Source of the DNA: a virus
IMG/VR virus record: IMGVR_UViG_3300043427_002369
Location: 9,509-73,508 of that record
Reading direction: 5' to 3' (one strand)
Length of the DNA stretch: 64,000 bases
This document shows, in pieces, positions 23,501 through 30,783 of this stretch. Made by a program: the position numbers and the translations under genes. A model generated the notes under the pieces. That model was given only the letters and a program-made list of their open reading frames with translations. It was not told where the DNA came from and ran no database searches. The first letter of the stretch is position 1, and each line of letters starts with the position of its first letter.

Positions 23501-25906
23501 TTCTTACAATCTAAAGACGATACTCTTCCATTAATTGTTGAGTTAAGACCAATGTCACTTGGCCTTCCAACTGGTGAAATATATCCATTCAGTCAGATTG
23601 TTGTTAATCCTGAAGATATTCAAGTTTCTGAAGATGGATCTGTTGCGACAAGAGTTCAATTTGAAGCACCAGTATATCTCAAAGGAAATACTGAGCACGC
23701 TCTTGTCCTGAAATCAGATTCCACTAATTATTATGCTTGGATTTCTAGACTTGGTGAAGTAGATATTACGACAGCATCTTTACCAGAGTCTGGTAGAGTT
23801 ATTATTGCTAATCAACCAGATATCAGTAAAGTAGGTGTTTTATTCAAATCTCAGAATGCATCGACTTGGTCACCAAGTCAATTTGAAGATCTCAAATTCA
23901 CCTTATATTCTGCAGTTTTTGTACAGACTGGAAATGTAAGTTTCTTCAATCCAGATCTAACTGAAAACAATCAACAACTTTCAACTCTCACTAACAATCC
24001 ACTTGAAATTTCTTCCAAGAGAATTAAAGTAAGTATTTCTAGCACTTTGAGTGATCCTGATTTTGCATTAGGAAATACTATTGTTCAAAGGGTAACTGGA
24101 GCAACTGGAAATTACGTTGGTGCAGCAGGTTCGATTGCAAGCATATCCATTACCAATTCCGGAATTGGATACACCCCTTCAAATGGAACTTCATTTGTAT
24201 ATCAAAATGTTATACTTGCAAATTCCACTTCTAGTGGAAAAAATGCAACTGCTGATATTACAATAGGAACAGATATTGCTGGTAATAACGGAGTTGCTAT
24301 TGCCGCAACAATTAGAACAGGTGGTTATGGATATCAGAAGGGTGATGTTCTTTCTGTAGATCAACTTGGTGATCAAACTTTAGGTAGAAATTTACTTCTC
24401 ACAGTAGATAATATCACAGCATATAATCAACTCATTATTGATAATGTTGAAGGAGATTTCTTGACAGGAATTGGATATACATTGAGATATACTAAAAATA
24501 CTGGAATTAATACAGACTTGAACTTTAGTTATACTCCCGCAATCTACATTAATGATATTGAAGTTGAAACTGATGGATTGCATATTAAAGTAAATCATCC
24601 AAATCATGGAATGCATTCTGAAATTAACACAGTAACCATTTCAAATGTTCAATCTGATATTCTTCCTGTAAAATTAAGCTCTAATCTTGCAGCAACTTCA
24701 GAGGTAACTTCATCAATTCCTTTAAATTCTTCAGTTGGATTTGGAACATTTGAAAATGTATCTGTAGGGGCAACTACTCCTGGATATATCCTTATTAATA
24801 ATGAAATAATTAGATATACCGGAGTTTCTGGAAATGAACTAACTGGTATTACTAGAAACTTTGATAATACTCCTTCTCAATCATATTTTGCAAACACTAA
24901 TGTTTATAAGTATGAGTTGAATGGGGTTTCTTTAAGGAGAATTAATAAGTCTCACGAACTACAGGATGCTAGTGTTTTAAATCCTATTGGTCTAGATTAC
25001 TATCACTTAAAAATTAATACTTCAGATAGAGATCCATCTTTGGGAAGTTTGTATTTTTATGATTCCAAGTCTGCAGGTGGATCAAACGTTAAAGCGTCTA
25101 AGAATATCCAATTTGAAATTATTAAACCAAATATTCAAATTATGACCCTGCCACAAACAAGTGTTGCTTCCGATATGAGAACTATCTCTGCAACAAGTGT
25201 GAGTGGAGTTGAACCTTCATTCGTTGATCAAGGATATGAGAGAGTTGATTTTAATGTTGACAATTACCCAACTACCAGTCGTTTGATTTGCTCTAAGATT
25301 AATGAATTAACTAAATTATCTGCTCAACCAGCAAATAAGTCTTTAGAAATTAGAGCTTTCTTAACAACTGAAAATGATAGATTGAGTCCAGTTATAGACC
25401 TTGATAGAGTAGGTGCAATTCTAGTAACAAATAGAATTAATAGTCCAATTGTAGATTATGTAAATGATTCACGCCCATCAACTCTGAATAAAGATCCTAT
25501 CGCATTCTCTTATGCAACTAAACCAATTAGTTTAGAGGTTGCTGCAACTTCAATGAGAGTATATGTTGCAGGGTATATCAATAGAAACTCAGATCTAAGA
25601 GCATTTTATGCAGTTCTGAAAGATCCTGCGGAATCTCCCATTTATTATCCATTCCCTGGATATGCTAATAGAATTATCTCTGGAGAAGTTATTGATATTA
25701 ATAATAGTAATGGATCTCCAGATAAATTTGTAGCAAATAATGATATTTTTGGAAATGGCAATTCTCAAAATTATTTCAAGGACTATGAATTTAGTATAGA
25801 TAATCTTGCAGCATTTAGATATTTCAGCATTAAACTTGTTGCAACATCAAATATCCAAGTATATCCTCCAAAATTAAGAGATCTTAGAGTCATTGCATTG
25901 GCATAA
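17567..25906 (+). CDS. Large virion structural protein, VrlC/DUF4815-like, with inserted Pro-Ser repeat and Gly-rich domain
   Basis: MPQETNLNVSPYFDDF...LFKPG.PVQARELT.LQSILQNQ N-terminus; GLDRFKSGFFVDNF; DPLAQSF; LFKSQNASTW; typical position after gp8 in cyanomyoviruses. Confidence 0.85.
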   Translation: MPQETNLNVSPYFDDFDDKKNFYKVLFKPGYPVQARELTTLQSILQNQIEKFGSHIFKEGSPVLGGNVVYDNYYEGIQVEPTYLGLSVDSYLGDLVGKYVIGQDSKVKARVEYILSSNDSPTKNTIVYVSYRDSSVDNNRQFRDGEIITTEEDVPFVAGGVTSIQAGQGVCKTISQNSSVTGSSIHISSGVYFIRGYFVNVDEETLLLDPTSNNVTYSVGLKIFEDVVTFDDDETLADNSQGFSNYAAPGADRFSIKVRLAKYSINENQDEGYLELFKVRDGIPDKVQKDAEYNLLANEFARRTYDESGDYYVTPFKLTVNESLDNLKGNKGIFKEGQQTYGNRTASESLGVYKLSPGKAYIRGFEVNVPNPSFIDFNKPRVTKTLSNQSLVYNTGSTFTLNRVHGTPPIGISTTYTLSFRSERIGSDNNTAPGKEIGIARVYDFALESGSYNPLSQNINEWDITLFDVQAYTEITLNDAISLEFPTFIKGSSSGATAFLKDNVVNSGILTAYNVNGRFLKGERLSFDSIQNNRIITSFKTYDIGDFKSVYGIVGTGSTFTADIVQKQKSFVGPVSISGYTSGISTVTSSSFIFNKVALENDIVSFSSPEQEEPTYAKIVSVSEKSITITQVTPVSDVCVSTLSLSPINVSDFKILTSSLQSSTDNTLYTIFPHNKISSTNLENSEIIIRRQRQIDILDNTSDVIILEDDERFMPYDEERYSVIYSNGDTEPLREDQFSITLGGQSLRINGLSLTGVAATLTYTIKKLNVSAKVKTRNRVNNIIVDKSKYNFSGVGQTTINDGLTFGNYPYGTRVHDEDICLNYPDIVKLLGVFETNSATDTPSLPSVTMSLSDVTTSSMILGEEFIGERSNCVAILVEKINNNTISYITLNSSSFSENETLKFKESGIVASINSLNSGNCKNITDSYVLDNGQRDTFYDYGRIVRKSTAREPRKKLKIVFESTDFSPSDPGSFVTVDSYKQFDYCDIPSLNNLRNYNILDLRPRVSNYTVSLNARSPFESLSNNFTNVYNQNLPILASDEDIILDYSYYLPRIDKIILSKEGNFQLLIGDPSETPQAPLNLTDSLDIATITLPAYLCSYESVGIDLSQHKRYKMSDIKKLEDRIKNLEFYTTLSLLETETANFTIKDANGLDRFKSGFFVDNFTTLISQKTTQITKNSIDIENSQLRPSVYTTSIDLILGHTDAAGNINFNNDDFDYKSNQSIIGNNVRKSVGTVGKGVLTLDYSETEEIIQPYATRVENVTPYLVTFYGGIADINPSSDIWLDPIVLDPINLGVREEIKTIDVELESVPDNNSGWAPMIFGAWETSWTNTSAPREVSRGQKYELDGKWYQDVVYATDKNGTSTRTGSSNRITFTDTSVSYGSNVVTVDIATYCRARNLEIISRKLKPYTEMYAFFDGQDVSRFMVPKLIEIQMESGVFRIGETVETDTSSSSSTDAFIRFRLCQPNHKQGRYDSPTSIYGLNPYDRTNNVPSTYSSSSTVLNIDTFLLAEQGIGNFYGYVSSGMRLIGKTSGAVAIVQEVRLITDNIGTLMSSFFIPNNNIPSNPRFTTGSKLFRLSSLQSNSTVPGLLNSLAEAAFYAQGTITTTQETIGTLRNSLRELGTLTQTIPASTTDFSQPVRVEVPAPPTPKPSEPYPTPSPEPTPEPSPSPSPSPSPGPSPSPGPSPSPGPSPSPSPSRSPGPSPSPGPSPSPSPSSDKIEQFKLYTTPGTYTFTVPKGVTSVQASGVGGGGGGGFGRSNKSGGGGAGAGVCSRNIPVTPGEVLTVIVGSGGRGSTTDVKAEDGQPSYIVNKNIIAKGGAAGSSTSKGSGGETSGGGGKGEDGKYDSSDTQRGGYGGGSGREGGGNCGHSKDKEGCGSPTAGPGGNGIKFAGAGGNPGQTPDCGTRTGGTGGTYGGGGGGGVNGGSGGNGASGAFLLKWKESTSTASSNMIPPVGLDPLAQSFTITAPEGRFVTAVDLFLQSKDDTLPLIVELRPMSLGLPTGEIYPFSQIVVNPEDIQVSEDGSVATRVQFEAPVYLKGNTEHALVLKSDSTNYYAWISRLGEVDITTASLPESGRVIIANQPDISKVGVLFKSQNASTWSPSQFEDLKFTLYSAVFVQTGNVSFFNPDLTENNQQLSTLTNNPLEISSKRIKVSISSTLSDPDFALGNTIVQRVTGATGNYVGAAGSIASISITNSGIGYTPSNGTSFVYQNVILANSTSSGKNATADITIGTDIAGNNGVAIAATIRTGGYGYQKGDVLSVDQLGDQTLGRNLLLTVDNITAYNQLIIDNVEGDFLTGIGYTLRYTKNTGINTDLNFSYTPAIYINDIEVETDGLHIKVNHPNHGMHSEINTVTISNVQSDILPVKLSSNLAATSEVTSSIPLNSSVGFGTFENVSVGATTPGYILINNEIIRYTGVSGNELTGITRNFDNTPSQSYFANTNVYKYELNGVSLRRINKSHELQDASVLNPIGLDYYHLKINTSDRDPSLGSLYFYDSKSAGGSNVKASKNIQFEIIKPNIQIMTLPQTSVASDMRTISATSVSGVEPSFVDQGYERVDFNVDNYPTTSRLICSKINELTKLSAQPANKSLEIRAFLTTENDRLSPVIDLDRVGAILVTNRINSPIVDYVNDSRPSTLNKDPIAFSYATKPISLEVAATSMRVYVAGYINRNSDLRAFYAVLKDPAESPIYYPFPGYANRIISGEVIDINNSNGSPDKFVANNDIFGNGNSQNYFKDYEFSIDNLAAFRYFSIKLVATSNIQVYPPKLRDLRVIALA
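22499..22714 (+). repeat. Pro-Ser-rich tandem repeat (PSPSPG)n
   Basis: Degenerate 18-bp units such as CCAAGTCCTTCTCCTGGA; ~70 aa of P/S/G/E/T. Confidence 0.9.
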
Positions 25907-25909
25907 ATT

Positions 25910-26131
25910 ATGAAATACAGTAGAGTTCAAGGACACGATCATCTTTTAAGAGATGAATCTACAAAGTCTATTATAAACACAAATGTTTCTGAATATGAAA
26001 ATTATATCAAAATGAAACAGATTAAAGAAAGTGAAGTTGAAAGAATTAAAAGAATTGAAACTGATTTAACTTCTCTAAAGGGTGATATTGATGAGATTAA
26101 ATTTTTACTGAGGAAATTATCTAATGATTAA
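25910..26131 (+). CDS. Small hypothetical protein with coiled-coil C-terminus
   Basis: 73 aa; L.RD..TKSIINTN motif then heptad-like helix; tightly packed in operon. Confidence 0.8.
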   Translation: MKYSRVQGHDHLLRDESTKSIINTNVSEYENYIKMKQIKESEVERIKRIETDLTSLKGDIDEIKFLLRKLSND

Positions 26132-26291
26132 TCCTAATGAGATTGAATTGGAAAATATGAGCAAACTTTTTGAATATGAAAAAATCTCTAGAGATATAGA
26201 TAGTATAGATGATATTGAACTAGTTAAAAATTTTGCAAAAGCATATGTTAGATTATATTTAAAACAGCAAGAAGTTGTATCTAAACTATAA
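26124..26291 (+). CDS. 55-aa helical protein, possibly NblA-like (absent from ORF track)
   Basis: MINPNEIELENMSKLFEYEKISRDIDSIDDIELVKNFAKAYVRLYLKQQEVVSKL*; AGGA upstream (26111); fills the gap exactly and couples to gp13 via TAATG. Confidence 0.75.
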   Translation: MINPNEIELENMSKLFEYEKISRDIDSIDDIELVKNFAKAYVRLYLKQQEVVSKL

Positions 26292-27124
26292 TGGCACAAC
26301 CATCCTCAAGGCAAGAACTAATAGACTATTGTTTAAGAAAATTGGGAGCACCAGTTTTAGAAATAAATGTTGCTCAAGAGCAAGTTGAAGATCTTGTTGA
26401 TGATGCCATTCAGTTCTTTCAAGAAAGGCACTTTGATGGCGTAATTCAAAATTACCTTAAATATCAAATAACTCAAGAAGATATTGATAGAGGTAGGGGA
26501 AATGTTGGAATTACTACAACAACAGTAAGTAATACTATTAATGCCGTAACAACTCAGTATGATTACAAAGAGAATAGTAATTACTTACCTGTTCCATCAA
26601 ATGTAATTGGAGTAAATAAAATTTACCAATTTGAAGGTACTAACTCGATTTCGAATAGTATGTTCAGTATTAAATATCAATTATTCTTAAATGATGTTTA
26701 TTACTGGGGTTCATTAGAACTATTGACTTATTCTATGGTTAAGAGATATCTTGAGGATATTGACTGGTTATTAAATACGCAAAAACAAATAAGATTTAAC
26801 AAGAGACAAGATCGTTTGTATATGGACATCGATTGGTCCAGTTTAATTCCCGGACAATGGTTGATTATTGATTGTTATCAAGTTATGAATCCAACCGATT
26901 TTACTCAGGTTTGGAACGATTCTTTCTTGAAACCATATTTGACTGCTCTTATTAAGAGGCAATGGGGGTATAATATTTCAAATAAATTTAGAGGATTGAA
27001 ACTTCCAGGTGGTGTTGAGTTGGATGGAAGAACTCTTGTTGAAGATGCTCAGAGAGAAATTGATACTCTGATGGACAAGATGTCATCTACTTATGAACTC
27101 CCACCTCTAGATATGATCGGATAA
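26291..27124 (+). CDS. gp13: Neck protein gp13
   Basis: SRQELIDYCLRKLGAPVLEINV...Q.EDL.DDAIQFFQERHFDG; LPGGVELDG. Confidence 0.93.
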   Translation: MAQPSSRQELIDYCLRKLGAPVLEINVAQEQVEDLVDDAIQFFQERHFDGVIQNYLKYQITQEDIDRGRGNVGITTTTVSNTINAVTTQYDYKENSNYLPVPSNVIGVNKIYQFEGTNSISNSMFSIKYQLFLNDVYYWGSLELLTYSMVKRYLEDIDWLLNTQKQIRFNKRQDRLYMDIDWSSLIPGQWLIIDCYQVMNPTDFTQVWNDSFLKPYLTALIKRQWGYNISNKFRGLKLPGGVELDGRTLVEDAQREIDTLMDKMSSTYELPPLDMIG

Positions 27125-27128
27125 AAAT

Positions 27129-28535
27129 ATGTTAAATCCATTCTTTTTAAACGGTTCTAAGGCAGAACAGGGATTGATGCAAGACCTGATTAATGAATCT
27201 ATTAGAATGTATGGTATTGACGTATATTATTTACCTAGACAATATGTAACAGAAAGAACAGTCATAAAAGAGGTTATAGAATCTGAATTTAATTTTGCAT
27301 ATCCAATTGAGGCATATGTCGATTCATATGACGGATATGGTGGTCAAGGAACTATTCTATCCAAATTTGGTATTCAAGAACTAGATGATTTAAAAATAAT
27401 AATTTCCCAAGAGAGGTTTAGTAATTATATTACACCTTTGATGGAAAAATTACCTGATGTTAAACTTGCAACTCGTCCTAAAGAGGGTGATTTAATTTAT
27501 TTTCCTTTAGGTGATCGTTTGTTTGAAATAAAATACGTTGAGCACGAAAAACCCTTCTACCAACTTCAAAAAAACTATGTTTATGAATTAACTTGCGAAC
27601 TCTTTAGATATGAAGATGAAGTTATTGATACTGATATGGGATTCATCAATGATAATATTGAAAACGAAGGATATATACAAACTATTCAAATGATTGGTAT
27701 TGGATCTACAGCATCTGCTATAGCATCTGTTGTTAATGGTGGTGTAAGATATATTACTATAACCAATAGAGGTTCTGGATATACTGATCCACCCAAGGTT
27801 GTATTTTCTTCAGCTCCTCCCGGAGGAGTGACTGCTACCGGAGTTGCAGTTATGATTAGTGGAATAGTTGATTTATGCGAATCTGATCCAAATCTGTTAC
27901 GAGTTCAAGCAATTCAACTCACAAATGCCGGATCAGGTTACACAGTTGCTCCAAAAATATCTTTTGTTGGTGGTGGCGGATCCGGTGCTAAAGCAGAAGC
28001 AGTTATTGGAGATGGAATTGTGGGTGTTATTACAGTCACAAATCCTGGATCTGGATATAGTTCTCCACCTTCAATTTCATTTACTGGCATTTCAAGTGTT
28101 GGAGCAGCAGCTACAGCAATTCTTTCAGCATCAGGTTCTGTAAGTTCCATTAGAATTACAAATTCTGGATTAGGATATACTTCCACTTCAGTTCAAATAG
28201 GTTCACCAAATACTATGGTAGGTTTTGGAACCTACATTTATAATGAAAAATTAACCGGAAGTGTTAGTAATGTTAAGGCTAGAGTTAAGTCTTGGAATTC
28301 TCAATCTAAAATACTTGAAGTATCAAATATTACTGGAAACTTTAAACCTGGGGAAAATATAGTCGGATCTCAATCTGGAGCAGTTTATGCTATTGGAAGT
28401 ATAAATACTAACAATCTAGCAGATCCTTTAGATAAATTGAATGTGAGGGGTAAATTTGCCCAAAACGATATTATTGAAGAAGAAGCGGATGAAATTTTAG
28501 ATTTTAGTGAAAAAAATCCTTTTGGAACTCCATAA
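27129..28535 (+). CDS. gp14: Neck protein gp14 with inserted G.GY repeats
   Basis: EQGLMQDLINESIRMYG.DVYYLPR, RPKEGDLIYFPL, FYQL...YEL.CELF, C-terminal DFSEKNPFG. Confidence 0.93.
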   Translation: MLNPFFLNGSKAEQGLMQDLINESIRMYGIDVYYLPRQYVTERTVIKEVIESEFNFAYPIEAYVDSYDGYGGQGTILSKFGIQELDDLKIIISQERFSNYITPLMEKLPDVKLATRPKEGDLIYFPLGDRLFEIKYVEHEKPFYQLQKNYVYELTCELFRYEDEVIDTDMGFINDNIENEGYIQTIQMIGIGSTASAIASVVNGGVRYITITNRGSGYTDPPKVVFSSAPPGGVTATGVAVMISGIVDLCESDPNLLRVQAIQLTNAGSGYTVAPKISFVGGGGSGAKAEAVIGDGIVGVITVTNPGSGYSSPPSISFTGISSVGAAATAILSASGSVSSIRITNSGLGYTSTSVQIGSPNTMVGFGTYIYNEKLTGSVSNVKARVKSWNSQSKILEVSNITGNFKPGENIVGSQSGAVYAIGSINTNNLADPLDKLNVRGKFAQNDIIEEEADEILDFSEKNPFGTP

Positions 28536-28549
28536 ATTAAGAGGTTACG

Positions 28550-29551
28550 ATGTTTGAATATTACTATCACGAAATATTTCGAAGAACTATAGTTTCATTC
28601 GGAACATTATTTAATAACATATCAATTAAGCATTTTAATGATGCGGGAAATGTAACCTCAGTAATTAAAGTTCCTCTAGCATATGGTCCCACACAGAAAT
28701 TTCTAGCAAGGTTAGAACAACAACCTAATCTGAATGCACCTGTTCAAATGTCTCTTCCAAGAATGTCATTTGAATTTGTTGGACTTTCTTATGATGCCGG
28801 TAGAAAATTAACAACTACTCAAACATTTTTAACTTCCTCCACTGAAGATAAAACAGATATTAAAAAAGCATATATGCCAGTTCCATATAATATGGATTTT
28901 GAACTGAGTATAATGTGCAAAATAAATGATGATATGCTGCAGATAATTGAGCAGATTTTACCATATTTTCAACCATCATATAATCTAACAGTTGATCTAG
29001 TTAAAACAATTGGAGAAAAAAGAGATATTCCAATTGTTTTAGAAAATATTAGTATGGATGATACCTACGAAGGTGATTTTAATACTAGAAGAGCATTAAT
29101 TTATACTCTTAGATTTACTGCAAAAACTTACCTGTTTGGTCCTATTGTTTCTGGCGTATCCAAAGATATCATCAAAAAGGTTACTGTTGGTCTTGTTGCT
29201 GGAGATTCTCGCTCAACCGCAAGAGATCTTACATATTCAGTTGAACCAGTTGCTACAACTAGTTATAGTGATAGTTCAATTACTACATTATCTCAAAATA
29301 TTGGACCAACAGATTCTTCAATAACTGTAGACAATTCATCTTCAATTCCAGCACAATCTCACATTGTTCTAAATGATGAAACAATGCAGGTAACTAAAAA
29401 GGTTGGAAATGTTTTGACCGTGGTTAGAGGTTCTTACGGAACCCCAATATTAGATCACGTTTCTGGAACCCCAATTAAATTAATTACAGAAACTGATAAT
29501 TCACTCATCGAATTTGGAGATGATTTTGGATTTAGTGGATCTTCATTTTGA
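28550..29551 (+). CDS. gp15: Tail sheath stabiliser/terminator gp15 with C-terminal extension
   Basis: YYYHEIFRRTIVSFGTLFN, VPLAYGP.QKFLAR, LPRMSFE, QIIEQILPYFQP. Confidence 0.93.
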   Translation: MFEYYYHEIFRRTIVSFGTLFNNISIKHFNDAGNVTSVIKVPLAYGPTQKFLARLEQQPNLNAPVQMSLPRMSFEFVGLSYDAGRKLTTTQTFLTSSTEDKTDIKKAYMPVPYNMDFELSIMCKINDDMLQIIEQILPYFQPSYNLTVDLVKTIGEKRDIPIVLENISMDDTYEGDFNTRRALIYTLRFTAKTYLFGPIVSGVSKDIIKKVTVGLVAGDSRSTARDLTYSVEPVATTSYSDSSITTLSQNIGPTDSSITVDNSSSIPAQSHIVLNDETMQVTKKVGNVLTVVRGSYGTPILDHVSGTPIKLITETDNSLIEFGDDFGFSGSSF

Positions 29552-29557
29552 TTTTTT

Positions 29558-30004
29558 ATGGATAAAGACTATAATAAGTTAGATGATATTTTTAATGTAT
29601 CTGGAGAAATAATTCATAAAACCTCAGAAGAAGACTCTTCGATCATCCCTAAGGTGGTTGAAGGTAACTCCGATCAAAGAAATATTGACTTAAAAAATGA
29701 TTATGAATATACAAGAGGAACGATATATTCTCTGGTAGAAAAGGGTCAGGAATTGATCAATGGAATACTTGAAGTTGCACAAGAAACAGAATCTGCAAGA
29801 GCATATGAAGTTGCGGGGCAGTTGATTAAAAGTGTATCTGATGCTACAGATAAATTAATCAATCTCCACAAGAACTTGAAAGATATTGAAGAGGTTAAGC
29901 AGGCTGGTCCTACAAATGTTACTAATGCTCTTTTCGTAGGTTCGACAGCAGAATTGTCAAAACTTTTAAAATCTCAAAGGAAAGAAAATTCAGAAGATAA
30001 ATAG
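29558..30004 (+). CDS. gp16: Terminase small subunit gp16
   Basis: DYEYTR...RAYEVAGQLIK...NALFVGSTAEL.K. Confidence 0.92.
   Translation: MDKDYNKLDDIFNVSGEIIHKTSEEDSSIIPKVVEGNSDQRNIDLKNDYEYTRGTIYSLVEKGQELINGILEVAQETESARAYEVAGQLIKSVSDATDKLINLHKNLKDIEEVKQAGPTNVTNALFVGSTAELSKLLKSQRKENSEDK
29996..30003 (+). promoter_or_regulatory. Late promoter (GATAAATA) overlapping gp16 stop
   Basis: NATAAATA 20 nt before next ATG. Confidence 0.6.
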
Positions 30005-30023
30005 TTAAAAATATTTTATTCCA

Positions 30024-30365
30024 ATGGCAGTTGCTGAAATTAACAGTTTAACTATCGAAAGAGGGACTGATTTTGAAGCGACTTTTAAAATTTTAGAAGC
30101 AGATTCATCTCCAGTAACTCTTTCTTATTATACTGGGATTTCTAAAATAAGAAAATATCCCTCCTCACCCACATATCATTCCTTTACGGTCGGTATTACA
30201 ACTGCAACTGGTGAGGTAAATATTTCTATGGGGCAAACTACTACCCGTCTATTAACTCCTGGTAGAAATTACTTTGATATTATCATTATTAGTCCAGATA
30301 TTTCTGATAATATGACGACAAAAGTAGTTGAAGGGACAATTATTGTTTCGGAGAGTAGTTACTAA
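30024..30365 (+). CDS. Small beta-rich putative virion/fibre-adaptor protein
   Basis: LTIERGTDF...GRNYFDI...KVVEG.I.V pattern; 113 aa; TAATG-coupled to next gene. Confidence 0.7.
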   Translation: MAVAEINSLTIERGTDFEATFKILEADSSPVTLSYYTGISKIRKYPSSPTYHSFTVGITTATGEVNISMGQTTTRLLTPGRNYFDIIIISPDISDNMTTKVVEGTIIVSESSY

Positions 30366-30676
30366 TGGCAGAATTTAATATAAAACTTAGTTCAAAGCCA
30401 AAATTCAAAGTCGTTGCTACTACTGGGGGTGTTCAAGTGCCAGCAAGATTTCAGGATCTAATAGATTTTGACCCTACTGATAAAAATGACAAATACGTTA
30501 TAATGTATAATGGAGCAACTGGAAAATATCATTTAGTTAATCCAGATGAAGTTCTAAATGCTGCTGCATCTACAGAAACATTGCAACCGGGATTGGTTGG
30601 ATTTGCAACTGCGTTCTTAGACAGGGTAGATATTGATTTAGATAATAGAATTGATGTTGATGCCGGAAGTTTCTAA
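30365..30676 (+). CDS. Hypothetical virion protein
   Basis: 103 aa; ends DAGSF, like the neighbouring ORFs ending DGGSFT and DAGDFV. Confidence 0.7.
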   Translation: MAEFNIKLSSKPKFKVVATTGGVQVPARFQDLIDFDPTDKNDKYVIMYNGATGKYHLVNPDEVLNAAASTETLQPGLVGFATAFLDRVDIDLDNRIDVDAGSF

Positions 30677-30681
30677 ATTTT

Positions 30682-30689
30682 TATAAATA
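30682..30689 (+). promoter_or_regulatory. T4-type late promoter (TATAAATA)
   Basis: Exact consensus, intergenic. Confidence 0.75.
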
Positions 30690-30783
30690 AATACATATGG
30701 TGTTAAATTTATATAATATTAATAATATTTTTGGTGTGGGTTTGACTTGATTATCAAGTTTGTATCTTTACATAGAGGAAAAA

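Noticed and set aside
9851-24616. Numerous 60-120 aa antisense or out-of-frame ORFs inside gp7, gp8 and the VrlC-like gene
   Set aside because: Fully nested in long conserved genes, with no recognisable motifs or expression signals
26117-26299. 60-aa minus-strand ORF in the track
   Set aside because: Antisense shadow of the better-supported + strand 55-aa ORF 26124-26291
30742-30768. Sigma70 promoter TTGACT...TATCTT
   Set aside because: Spacer only 15 nt and weak -10; a perfect late promoter lies upstream
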